Below the pieces are notes generated by a model. That model was not told the DNA's origin and searched no databases. It saw only the letters and a list, made by a program, of their open reading frames with translations. From assembly GCF_006345805.1 (NCBI RefSeq), contig NW_021825042.1, positions 1-21,110 on the forward strand: 21,110 bases of DNA. The letters run 5' to 3'. The DNA is from Octopus sinensis (taxonomy: Eukaryota). Position numbers and translations under genes: made by a program. Of the stretch, positions 1-8,640 are shown piece by piece. Numbering within the stretch: the stretch's first letter is position 1; each line of letters starts with the position of its first letter.

Positions 1-53
1 CCTGTGCCTACCCACAGCCACACAGAGAATTCTCACATTTACATATACGCTTA

Positions 54-274
54 ATGTTGGTTTCAAATTTAGGCACAAGACCAGCAAGGTCGAACGAGGG
101 TGCAAGACGATTACATCAACCTCCAGTACTCAAATGGTACTGAATTTATCGACCCTGAAAGGGATGTAACGCAAAGTCGACTTCGGCGGAATTTGAACTC
201 AGAATGTAAAGACGGACGGAATGCCGCTAAGCATTTTGCCCTTGTTGCCAACGATTCTGCTAGCTTGCTGCCTT
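54..274 (-). mobile_element. tRNA-derived SINE, family A, tail variant A2, diverged near-full-length copy
   Basis: Minus strand has head AAGGCAGCAAGCTAGCAGAATCG, B-box-like GAGTTCAAATTCCGCC, core GTCGACTTTGC...GGGTCGATAAATT.AGTACCA, and tail CTTGTGCCTAAATTTGAAACCA. It is homologous to the copies at 3875 and 18145. Confidence 0.85.
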
Positions 275-301
275 ATTTATGCGTAAGAGAACATCCATCG
301 A

Positions 302-302
302 T

Positions 303-334
<32 letters not shown>

Positions 335-385
335 CACACACACACACATAAACACACATAAACGCACACACACACGCACACACGA
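302..385. repeat. (CA)n microsatellite
   Basis: Direct reading; imperfect CA tract. Confidence 0.95.
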
Positions 386-469
386 ACATGCTGTTTATTT
401 ACCTTAAGAATGCTGCTTTTGTCTGTGATATATATGTTTATATATTTCTCTTGTTTAATTCTAATTTTT

Positions 470-839
470 TATTTCTTTATTGCCCACAGGGGGCTAAACA
501 TATAGGGGACAAACAAGGACAAAGAAATTAAGTCGATTACATCGACTTCAGTACGTAACTGGTACTTATTTAATCGATCCCGAAAGGATGAAAGGCAAAT
601 TCGACCTCGGCGGAATTCGAACTCAGAACGTAACGGCAGACGAAATACCTATTTCTTTACTACCCACAAGGGGCTAAACACAGAGAGGAGAAACAAGGAC
701 AGACAAACGGATTAAGTCGATTATATCGACCCCAGTGCGTAACTAGTACTTAATTTATCGACCCCGAAAAGATGAAAGGCAAAGTCGACCTCGGCGGAAT
801 TTGAATTCAGAACCTAACGACAGACGAAATACCTATTTC
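470..839 (-). mobile_element. Two head-to-tail 5'-truncated family A (tail A1) SINE copies, period ~184 bp, plus a 7-bp stub of a third
   Basis: Units 470-648 and 649-832 each run TATTTCTTTA...GGGGCTAAACA...GACCTCGGCGGAATT.GAA.TCAGAAC...CAGACGAAATAC. CTATTTC recurs at 833-839. Confidence 0.9.
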
Positions 840-840
840 A

Positions 841-1302
841 AGTGAGATTGAGAGAGTGAGTGAGTGAGTGAGTGAGTGAGTGAGTGAGTGAGTGAGTGAG
901 CGAGTGAGTGAGTGAGTGAGTGAGTGAGTAGGTGAACGAGTGATGAGTGAGTGAAAGAGTGAGTGAGTGAGTGAGCGAGTGTGAGTGAGTGAGTGAGTGA
1001 ACGAGTAAGTGATGAGTGAGTGAAAGAGTGAGTGAGTGAGTGAGCGAGTGAGTGAGTGAGTGAGTGAGTAGGTGAACGAGTGATGAGTGAGTGAAAGAGT
1101 GAGTGAGTGAGTGAGCGAGTGAGTGAGTGAGTGAGTGAGTGAGTGAGTGAACGAGTAAGTGATGAGTGAGTGAAAGAGTGAGTGAGTGAGTGAGTGAGTG
1201 AACGAGTAAGTGATGAGTGAGTGAAAGAGTGAGTGAGTGAGTGAGTGAGTGAGTGAGTGAGCGACTGTGTGAGTGAGTGAGAGAACGAGTGAGCGAGCGA
1301 TT
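841..1302. repeat. Complex (GAGT)n tetranucleotide array with higher-order units
   Basis: GAGT tract with five recurring GAACGAGT(AAGT)GATGAGTGAGTGAAAGAG cassettes. Confidence 0.95.
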
Positions 1303-1393
1303 GAGAATTACACCTGAAATGAAATGAGAAATACGGAAACCTACAGGAAATAGCGCCATTAAGTGATTTTATAGCAGATATGTTTTTACAGAG

Positions 1394-2479
1394 ATGATGT
1401 TGACAGTGATGATGACGATGCGGTTGGGTGGGGTATTGGTAATAGTAGTGGTGATGGTGGTGGTGGCGGTGGTGGTATTAGTGGTGGTGGTGGTGATGGT
1501 GGTGGTAGTGTTGATGGTGGCGGTGATGGTGGTGGTGTCGCTTCCATTAATAGTGATGATGGTGGTGACAGTAGTGGTTGTGGTTGTAGTGGTGGTGGTG
1601 GTATTAGTGGTGGTGGTGGTGATGGTGATGGTGGTGGTAGTGTTGATGGTGGCGGTGATGGTGGTGGTGTCGCTTCCATTAATAGTGATGATGGTGGTGA
1701 CAGTAGTGGTTGTGGTGTAGTGGTGTGTGGTATTAGTGGTGGTGGTGGTGATGGTGATGGTGGTGGTAGTGTTGATGGTGGCGGTGATGGTGGTGGTGTC
1801 GCTTCCATTAATAGTGATGATGGTGGTGACAGTAGTGGTTGTGGTTGTAGTGGTGGTTGTGGTTGTAGTGGTGGTGGTGGTTGTGGTGGTGGTGATGATG
1901 GTAGTGTTCCTGGTGGTGTACTTGGGGTTGTAGTGGTGCTGGTAGTGGTGCAGGTAGTGGTAATCGTTGACTTAATGCTAGTAGGGGTGATAGTAGTGAT
2001 GGTTGTGGCGGTGGTGGAGAGAGATGGGTGTGATGGTTGTAGTAGTGATGGTGGTGGTAGTTGTGATGATAGTGGTAGTGTTGTTGGTGGTGGTAATGGG
2101 GATGGTGTTGCTGTTATTTGTGTTGATGATGGTGATGACAGTAGTGGTTGTAGTGGTGGTGGTGGTGGTGGTGGTGGTGGTGGTGATGATGGTGGTTGTG
2201 GTGGTGATGATGGTAGTGCTGCTGGTGGGGGTAACGGTGGTGTTATTAGTGGTTATGGCGGTGATGGTAATGGTGGTCGTCGTCGTCATTGTAGTAATGG
2301 TAGTGGTGATAATGGTAGTGGTGGTGGTGCAGGTGGTGGTAATCGTTATATTTATGGTAGTAGGAATGATAGTGGCAGTGGTTGTGAAGGTGGTGGAGCG
2401 AGGAGTGATGGTTGTAGTAGTGATGGTGGTGGTGGTAGTGAGAGTTAATTATGGTGGTGCTTCAGTAGTAGTAGTAGTA

Positions 2480-2524
<45 letters not shown>

Positions 2525-2736
2525 ACAGCAGCTGTAGCAGCACAGTGGTTGCAATGATAATCGTAGTGTTGATGATAGTAATGCTGACCGTTTGGGTGGT
2601 GGGACAACGAAGTGGGAGTGGTAGTATAGGTGTTGTTTGCGGTGGTAGCTTTGGCGATTGAGACGCGGTAGCAGTAGTGGATTTAAACCGCGATGATATT
2701 GGTTGTAGTAATGGTGGTGGTGGTGGTGGTGGTGGT
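1394..2736. repeat. GGT/GAT/AGT-rich low-complexity array containing a triplicated ~130-bp unit
   Basis: GTCGCTTCCATTAATAGTGATGATGGTGGTGACAGTAGTGG occurs at 1537, 1669 and 1798. There is an (AGT)n tract at ~2464-2523. Confidence 0.95.
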
Positions 2737-3042
2737 TTCATGAAAACAGTTTATTTAGCCGAGCATGGTGGAAAGAGTCAGCTGTCCACAGCTAGCAGAC
2801 TAAGGTGACACTTGTTTACTGGTCACGCTTCAAGGACCCTGGGAAGAACCCTTGCAGCTCCAAGCAATTCTGATTTTTTCTAGGTGTTCTACCTTCACAC
2901 TTGCACCGATCTTTTTTCAGCCATATTGGTAGTTGAGTGCTGATACTTCCAAGTGCACCAATTACTAATGGTATCACGCCTACTCTCCTCATTGACCACA
3001 ACCTTCGTATTTCCTCCCCTCGTAGACCACAACCTTCGTATT
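2737..3042 (-). pseudogene. 5'-truncated 3' end of an RLE-type (R4/Dong-like) non-LTR retrotransposon, copy B
   Basis: Manual translation gives EIRRLWSMRRVGVIPLVIGALGSISTQLPIWLKK, a frameshift, IGASVKVEHLEK, a frameshift, then ELLGAARVLPRVLEA* (TGA at 2823-2825). This is the conserved C-terminus after the PD-(D/E)xK nuclease of R4-clade ORFs. The 3' UTR contains AATAAA. Confidence 0.8.
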
Positions 3043-3795
3043 ATTATTATGATTATTCTTATTTCTTTCTATCACAGGTTTTGTTAGAGCTCCTGGAATC
3101 TTACATGCGTAGCAGGCTTGCTATCTGCAGCCTATGGTACTATGCTATCCATTCTTTTCAGCTGTCTAATATTTTCCTGATTATTCTGGCCGTGCCAACG
3201 AAGCAAAGCTTTTGTAACAGTTCTACTGGGCACTCTATTCCTATTTCCTTTATATTCCCCTTGATGCCTTCTGATATTGTTCCCAAGGCCCCAACAATAA
3301 CTGGCACTATCTTCGCCCTCTTCATTTTCTATAGCCTGTCTATTTCGTACTTAAGAGGGTTGTATTTATCTATCTTTGCGCCTTCTTTCTTGAATATTCG
3401 TGGGGAAAAGGGGCATGCAACATCAGCTATGTAGTGTATGTGGTGCGTCTTGTCCACCACCACTAGGTCCGGTCTGTTACGCTCTTCCACCTGATCTGTT
3501 TGGATTGGGAAATCCCAGAGGATTTTGCTAGTCTCCGACTCCGCCGCTCTCTGCGGTTTGTGCTCGTACCACGTCTTGCCTCTCTCTAGCCCCCACTTCT
3601 CACACAGTTTCCAATGTAACACTTTCGCTACCTGATCGTGTCGCCACAATTTGTAATGGTTTGGGGCAACCCTGGGGCATTCGTTCGTGATCTGGGCAAT
3701 AGTTTCGTCCACTCTGTTGCAGATGCGGCATAGCAGAGACACGTGCTCCTAAGATTAACCCTCTAGTTCGTGGCCAAAGCTTGGTCTTGCGCTCG
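3043..3795 (-). pseudogene. 5'-truncated RLE-type (R4/Dong-like) non-LTR retrotransposon, copy A: zinc knuckle, restriction-like endonuclease, 3' UTR and (TAA)n tail
   Basis: Motifs in order: AQDQALATN; CRIC-x8-Q-x4-C (CCHC knuckle, H>Q); RHDQVAKVLHWKLC; LWDFPIQTD; RPDLVVVDK; IADVACP; KIDKY. A W>stop at 3329-3331 is followed in frame by KMKRAKIVPVIVGALG...LLQKLCFVGTARIIRKILDS* (TGA 3158-3160). A TAA-like tail lies at ~3039-3063. Confidence 0.9.
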
Positions 3796-3849
<54 letters not shown>

Positions 3850-3874
3850 ATTATTATTATTATTATTATTATTA
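3796..3874. repeat. (ATT)n microsatellite
   Basis: Direct reading; abuts the 5' truncation point of the Dong-like element. Confidence 0.97.
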
Positions 3875-4103
3875 AGGCGGCGAGCTGACAGAAACGTTAG
3901 CACGCCGGGCGAAATGCGTAGCCGTATTTCGTCTGCCGTTACGTTCTGAGTTCAAATTCCGCCGAGGTTGACTTTGCCTTTCATCCTTTCGGGGTCGATA
4001 AATTAAGTACCAGTTACGCACTGATGTCGATGTAATCGACTTAATCCGCTTGTCTGTCCTTGTTTGTCCCCTCTGTGTGTAGCCCCTGTGGTAGTAAAGA
4101 AAT
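3875..4103 (+). mobile_element. Full-length tRNA-derived SINE, family A (tail A1), embedded in (ATT)n
   Basis: AAGGCGGCGAGCTGACAGAAACGTTAGC head, GAGTTCAAATTCC B-box, CCTTTCATCCTTTCGGGGTCGATAAATTAAGTACCAG core, and tail ending GTAGTAAAGAAAT. ATT tracts lie on both sides. Confidence 0.92.
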
Positions 4104-4121
4104 TATTATATTATTTTATTA

Positions 4122-4171
<50 letters not shown>
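4104..4171. repeat. (ATT)n microsatellite
   Basis: Direct reading. Confidence 0.95.
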
Positions 4172-4172
<1 letters not shown>

Positions 4173-4599
4173 ATTACGCTTATTACAAGATTTGAAAAAG
4201 AAAAAAACACGCCATTCTTTCATCTCTCGCTACTTATACCGATATACCTTATATGAAATATTGGAGGGAGAAGAAAGCAGACAAATGAAAAACCGACTCG
4301 TAAAGCCTTCCTACCCCCGACTTCACCGGAATACCACTCCAGCTCCGCCCTCAACCACCCTTCATTCTTCATCCATCAGTTAAGACCGAACCCCGATTCT
4401 GTCAGTCGGTTTGAAAGTGTGTTCCGGGTGACTCCGTACACTATGTAGAGATGCTAGTGAAACAGTGGAGACACATCTATCACCTCACAATGTCTGACAT
4501 GTATGGAATCCATTTTATGGTGAGATTCACGTCTTTATTCGCATTCGACTTCCGGAAGAATCCTTCCTTTTCGTTTACATCATTTCTCAATCTCTAGCT

Positions 4600-4920
4600 T
4601 TTTCTCTTTCTCTCAAACTCTCTCTCTCCCACTCTTTTCTTTTGCTGACTCCCACTCTCTCTCTCTCTCTCTTCTCTCTCCTCTCTTCTCTCACGCATCT
4701 CTCCTCTCTTCTCTCTCTCTCTCTCTCTCTCACGCACTCTATCAACTATCAGTCTCTCTCATTTTCTTTCTCTCTATATGTGTGTATGTGAGTGTGCACG
4801 CGTGTATGTATACATATTCAAAATGCATCTATATATAATATATATTATATATATATATATATATAATATATATATATAATATATACATATACATATATAT
4901 ATGTATATATACATATATGT
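4600..4920. repeat. (CT)n-rich tract followed by (TA)n
   Basis: Direct reading. Confidence 0.9.
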
Positions 4921-5205
4921 GAAGGTGCAATGGCCCAGTGGTTAGGGCAGCAGACTCGCTGTTGCAGGATCGCGGTTTCGATTCCCCGCCCGGGCGTTGT
5001 GAGTGGTGTTTTATTGAGCGAAAACACCTTAAAGCTCCACGATGCTCCGGCAGGGGGTGGTGATCCCTGCTGTACTCTTTCACCACTCTTTCTTCTATTG
5101 GCCTGCTCGCTTAGCCAGCGGGTGGCGTCATTCGAAGGCTAAAACAATGCGAGTGCATTGTGACCAGCGATGTGTAACAACATCTGATGGTCTGTTCGTC
5201 ACGTG

Positions 5206-5207
<2 letters not shown>
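4921..5207 (+). mobile_element. tRNA-derived SINE, family C, inserted in (TA)n
   Basis: A-box TGGCCCAGTGG, B-box GGTTTCGATTCCC, then TTTATTGAGCGAAAACACCTTAAAGCTCCAC. A homologous copy lies at 17691-17870 (-). (TA)n flanks both sides. Confidence 0.88.
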
Positions 5208-5246
<39 letters not shown>

Positions 5247-5410
5247 CATATATTATATATTATATATATATATACTTTCAACAATTGAGGGCAAAATTAA
5301 TTAATTATTAATCAATTTCACCAAGTGTTCAGTATGCAAAGGGACCATTCAAGGCGAATTCAATTATTACATATATTAAAAGGGCTTGGTAAAATAAATT
5401 ACTTTGCCGC

Positions 5411-5441
<31 letters not shown>

Positions 5442-5600
5442 TATATATATGCATCCATATAGATAAATATATATAATACATACATATATTTACACAGGCA
5501 CAGACATACACACACTCATGTACATATATGTATGAGTACATATATGTATATATACATATATATATACATATATATGTATGTATGTATGTATATATTGTCT
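5208..5600. repeat. (TA)n and TA/TATG low-complexity tracts with a short unique spacer
   Basis: Direct reading. Confidence 0.85.
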
Positions 5601-5639
5601 GTCTGTAAGACAGGAACGCCAGTTGGTAGCATGGTAATC

Positions 5640-5735
5640 TTTTTACAGCTGAGTGGACTAGAGCAACGTAAAATAAAGGGTTTTATTCCAAAGCACAACA
5701 TACTGACTGTCTAGGAATCGAAATCACGATCTTGG
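5640..5735 (-). mobile_element. Diverged fragment of family D (CORE-like) SINE
   Basis: Minus strand GATCGTGATTTCGATTCCTAGAC...GTTGTGCTTTGGAATAAAACCCTTTATTTTACGTTGCTC aligns to 7850-7930. Confidence 0.6.
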
Positions 5736-6089
5736 ATGCACCAACCTAAAAGCTAATCCACAAAGTGGGGTCGAATTCATTTTAAATTCCGAATGTTAGG
5801 TGGGAATTGAAGTTTCGCTTATCAACTTACCCAGCATGCTGAATAAGCCAACTTAAACATACATACATAAATACATACATATAAATATACATATAATATA
5901 TATATATAAACCAGCTTAGAGAAGAAGAAGAAACGAAACCAAACCAAACGAATCGAATCGAGTCGACGCGAAGGCGCTCAGTCTTACAATAGTGTAATAA
6001 ATAAAATATATGCATACATACAAACATATATGTACGTACATACATCTACATGTATATATACATGCATATATAAATATATATACGTGTGT

Positions 6090-6262
6090 ACAGGACACCA
6101 AGAATAGACGGAGAACTCAACGAGAAACGAAAACGTAAAAACAGCATGGAACGGACCATTTTTTTAACAACGAAAAAACAGAGTACAAGACAACTACACA
6201 AGGAAAAATCCCCTTCATCAGCTGTCCCTAGTTCAACTCCAGCGTGTTTCGAAGGTGAGAAC
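6090..6262. mobile_element. Probable interspersed-repeat remnant, possibly Penelope-like
   Basis: Non-microsatellite block between TA-rich tracts. It carries both hammerhead core words on the minus strand (CTGATGA and CGAAAC), in permuted order. The family assignment is inference only. Confidence 0.3.
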
Positions 6263-6292
6263 ATATATGTACACATATGGTGAGGGTCATTC

Positions 6293-6511
6293 TGTTTTAA
6301 TGCCTTATCAATTAACACATTCACCGGTTCGATTTTCACTCACTTACTTATTTATTTTTACTAAAATTTTCGTTGCTTCTTGCTGCCTCTTCAAGAGTCG
6401 TTAACTGATGAGGGGGGGTTGCAAGAACAAACGAGCATTTTCGAAAAAATAAATAAGTAAATGAGTGGAAATCGAACCGGTGAGTGTGTTAATTGATAAG
6501 GCATTAAAACA
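6293..6511. mobile_element. ~220-bp foldback (palindromic, MITE-like) element
   Basis: Outer arms 6293-6358 and 6446-6511 are near-perfect reverse complements. Imperfect pairing continues inward (CGTTGCTTCTTGC/GCAAGAACAAACG; CCTCTTCA/TGATGAGG) to a 12-nt centre at 6394-6405. Confidence 0.85.
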
Positions 6512-6595
6512 ACTATTCTCTCCAGAAACAATAAAATATGCTTCAGCACACGAATTCACATAAAGAATCTTGCAAACCAAATATAAAGATGAATC

Positions 6596-6612
6596 ATGTG
6601 CGTGTGTGTGTG

Positions 6613-6658
<46 letters not shown>

Positions 6659-6730
6659 GCATGTGTATGTCTTTCACGCTTTCCCTCTCTCTCTCTCTCT
6701 CTCACTCTCTCTCTCTCTCATACTTCTCTG
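6596..6730. repeat. (TG)n(CT)n compound microsatellite
   Basis: Direct reading. Confidence 0.95.
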
Positions 6731-7015
6731 CCCCTACCTCATTCATCGCCTCTCACACTGCCACTCTCACACTCTGCTTCTCTCGCTCCCCCCCCCCCAA
6801 TTTCTTTCTCGTTCCATCTCTCTTTACCTCTCAATCTCTCTTTACCTCTCCTCACTTCTTGTCCACTCCTTAAACTATTGTCTTCCTCACTCACTAACCC
6901 TGTCAATCATCACTCTGACTGACGTTGAGTTATGCTAAACTCTCAAAAAAGTATGCCACTGTAACGGTACTGAGAGTAGGGTAGCACACAAATTCTCATT
7001 TGTCATTGTTGCTTT

Positions 7016-7090
7016 CATCATCATCATCATCGTCATCATCGTCATCATCATCTCATCATCATCATCATCATCATCATCATTATTATTATT
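7016..7090. repeat. (CAT)n(TAT)n compound microsatellite
   Basis: Direct reading. Confidence 0.95.
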
Positions 7091-7647
7091 GAGTGAGAGA
7101 GCAGTTCATGCCATCAAAGTGACACTGGGGTAAAATATACAAAGCCCGGTATACCCATCATGACTACCCGCCTGATAAGGGTACACTAGGCACATGCATC
7201 ACAACCATATATGCGCGACATGGTGATCTCATATCGAGATAAACAGCGCATGACCTTGCAGGTGGGGCCCAGTCAGAATTTTCTTTTGGTCGAGTGGCCC
7301 ATCCTGCTCAAAAGGTCCCTGAATAAGGATTGTTTAAGGATGTTGAACAAACCACCCTTATTTCCAAAGGTGAATTATCCAAACCTCTAAAAATTCCTTT
7401 CAACACACGGCTATGATGCTCCCCCACTACGTCTGCTCGTGGTCAGAGATGCACATATCGTCAGCCACTAAGGGACATGGTCAACTGGTTAAGGTCAAAC
7501 AACTGACAAACAAATCTGTGGTATTGAGTAGAATATTTGCTGTAGCCCATCTTATATAGCTATACAAAACAATGTACATGATAACACTGCCAATCAGTTA
7601 AGATCAGAAGCCATGAGAGCCACTGTCTGGTACTGCATCAGGGCGCA

Positions 7648-7648
<1 letters not shown>
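7091..7648 (-). mobile_element. Candidate ~555-bp non-coding interspersed repeat bracketed by (ATT)n tracts
   Basis: Balanced-composition, ORF-less block with sharp boundaries into ATT repeats at both ends. On the minus strand it ends in (AAT)n(GAT)n like a retroposon tail. There is only one copy in the window, so repeat status and strand are inference. Confidence 0.5.
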
Positions 7649-7696
<48 letters not shown>

Positions 7697-7811
7697 TATT
7701 ATTACTACTACTACTACTACTACTACTACTATTATTATTATTATTATTATTACTATTACTACTACTACTACTACTACTATTATTATTATTATTATTATTA
7801 TTATCATTATT
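7649..7811. repeat. (TAT)n/(TAC)n compound microsatellite
   Basis: Direct reading. Confidence 0.97.
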
Positions 7812-8095
7812 GAGGACGCACGGCCTAGTGGTTAGGGTGTTGCACTCACGATTGCGAGATTGTGGTTTCAATTCCTAGACCGAGTGGTGCGTTGTGTTCT
7901 TGGGCAAAACACTTCATCTCGAGTTGCTCGCCAATCACTTCGACACCTGGCGTGTGGTACACCGTACACCTGTTCAGGTAACGTCGATTTGATGGAGGGA
8001 GTGAGCTAATGTACAAGCAAATGCATTTCGTCGCTATAAGCAAATCCTTTGTGCAGGTCCTTCGGCAAAAACTGAACCCTCGAACGTCGTCTTCA
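7812..8095 (+). mobile_element. tRNA-derived SINE, family D, with CORE-like segment
   Basis: A-box CGGCCTAGTGG, B-box GTTTCAATTCC, then TGTGTTCTTGGGCAAAACACTTCATCTC, which resembles the CORE-SINE motif CCTTGGGCAAG.CACTT. The 3' boundary is approximate. Confidence 0.75.
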
Positions 8096-8159
8096 ATTGG
8101 GAGAATCTATCATTATAGGAGCGAGTTAGTAGACGTGATATAGCGTCGTAAAAAATAAT

Positions 8160-8340
8160 TTGCAGTGTTTCTTCTTTCGGCTATTTACGTCCAGTGTTCA
8201 AATTCTGCTGAGTTCGATTTAGCCTTTTATCTTTTCGGGGTCGATAAATTAGTGTCCCAGTTTAGCACTGGAATCGGTGTATTTAGCTAGACCCGACCCC
8301 AAAATTTCAGGCTTGTGCCTATAGTAGAAAGGATTATTAT
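8160..8340 (+). mobile_element. Diverged family A SINE, tail A2
   Basis: GTTCAAATTCTGCTGAG...TTTTCGGGGTCGATAAATTAG...CTTGTGCCTATAGTAGAAAGGATTATTATT. Confidence 0.8.
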
Positions 8341-8640
8341 TAGCAGTATACCACTTGTAGTAGTAGTAGAGGTTATGGCGGTAGTGGTCGTCGTCGCCGT
8401 CGTCGTCATTGTAGTAGTGGTAGTGGTGGTAATGGTGGTGGTGGTGGTGGTAGTGGTGGTGGTAGTGGTGGCAGTGGTGGTGGTGCAGGTGGTGGTAATC
8501 GTTATATTTATGGTAGTAGGAATGATAGTGGCAGTGGTTGTGAAGGTGGTGGAGCGAGGAGTGATGGTTGTAGTAGTGATGGTGGTGGTAGTGAGAGTTA
8601 ATTATGGTGGTGCTTCACTAGTAGTAGTAGTAGTAGTGTA
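8341..8640. repeat. GGT/AGT-rich block, near-identical paralogue of 2251-2480
   Basis: 8474-8617 matches ~2319-2464 apart from one GGT unit. Confidence 0.92.

Noticed and set aside
1470-1870. Repeat-spacer pattern as a CRISPR-like array
   Set aside because: The spacers are not unique, the context is eukaryotic low complexity, and there are no cas genes.
838-2741. Long ORFs rich in Thr/His/Ser/Leu, Pro, Val, Gly or Thr (e.g. 1720-2448, 242 aa Gly-rich)
   Set aside because: They are translations of GAGT and GGT repeats that lack stops, are open in several frames on both strands, and have no domain or splice support.
2937-3434. 165-aa plus-strand ORF
   Set aside because: It is the antisense shadow of the Dong-like coding remnants.
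3875-3965. SINE heads as genuine tRNA genes (also 4921, 7812, 16401)
   Set aside because: A/B boxes are present but I found no full cloverleaf. They run into SINE cores and occur as multiple diverged copies.
4200-4560. Unique segment as a possible exon
   Set aside because: The frames I translated close quickly and show no recognisable motif or splice pair.
6404-6445. CTGATGAG...CGAAA as a hammerhead inside the foldback element
   Set aside because: There is no stem II between the boxes, and TGATGAGG is explained as the partner of CCTCTTCA in the palindrome.
7570-7648. HDV-like ribozyme at the minus-strand 5' end of the 555-bp unit
   Set aside because: I could not assemble P1, P1.1 and L3 consistent with the HDV fold.
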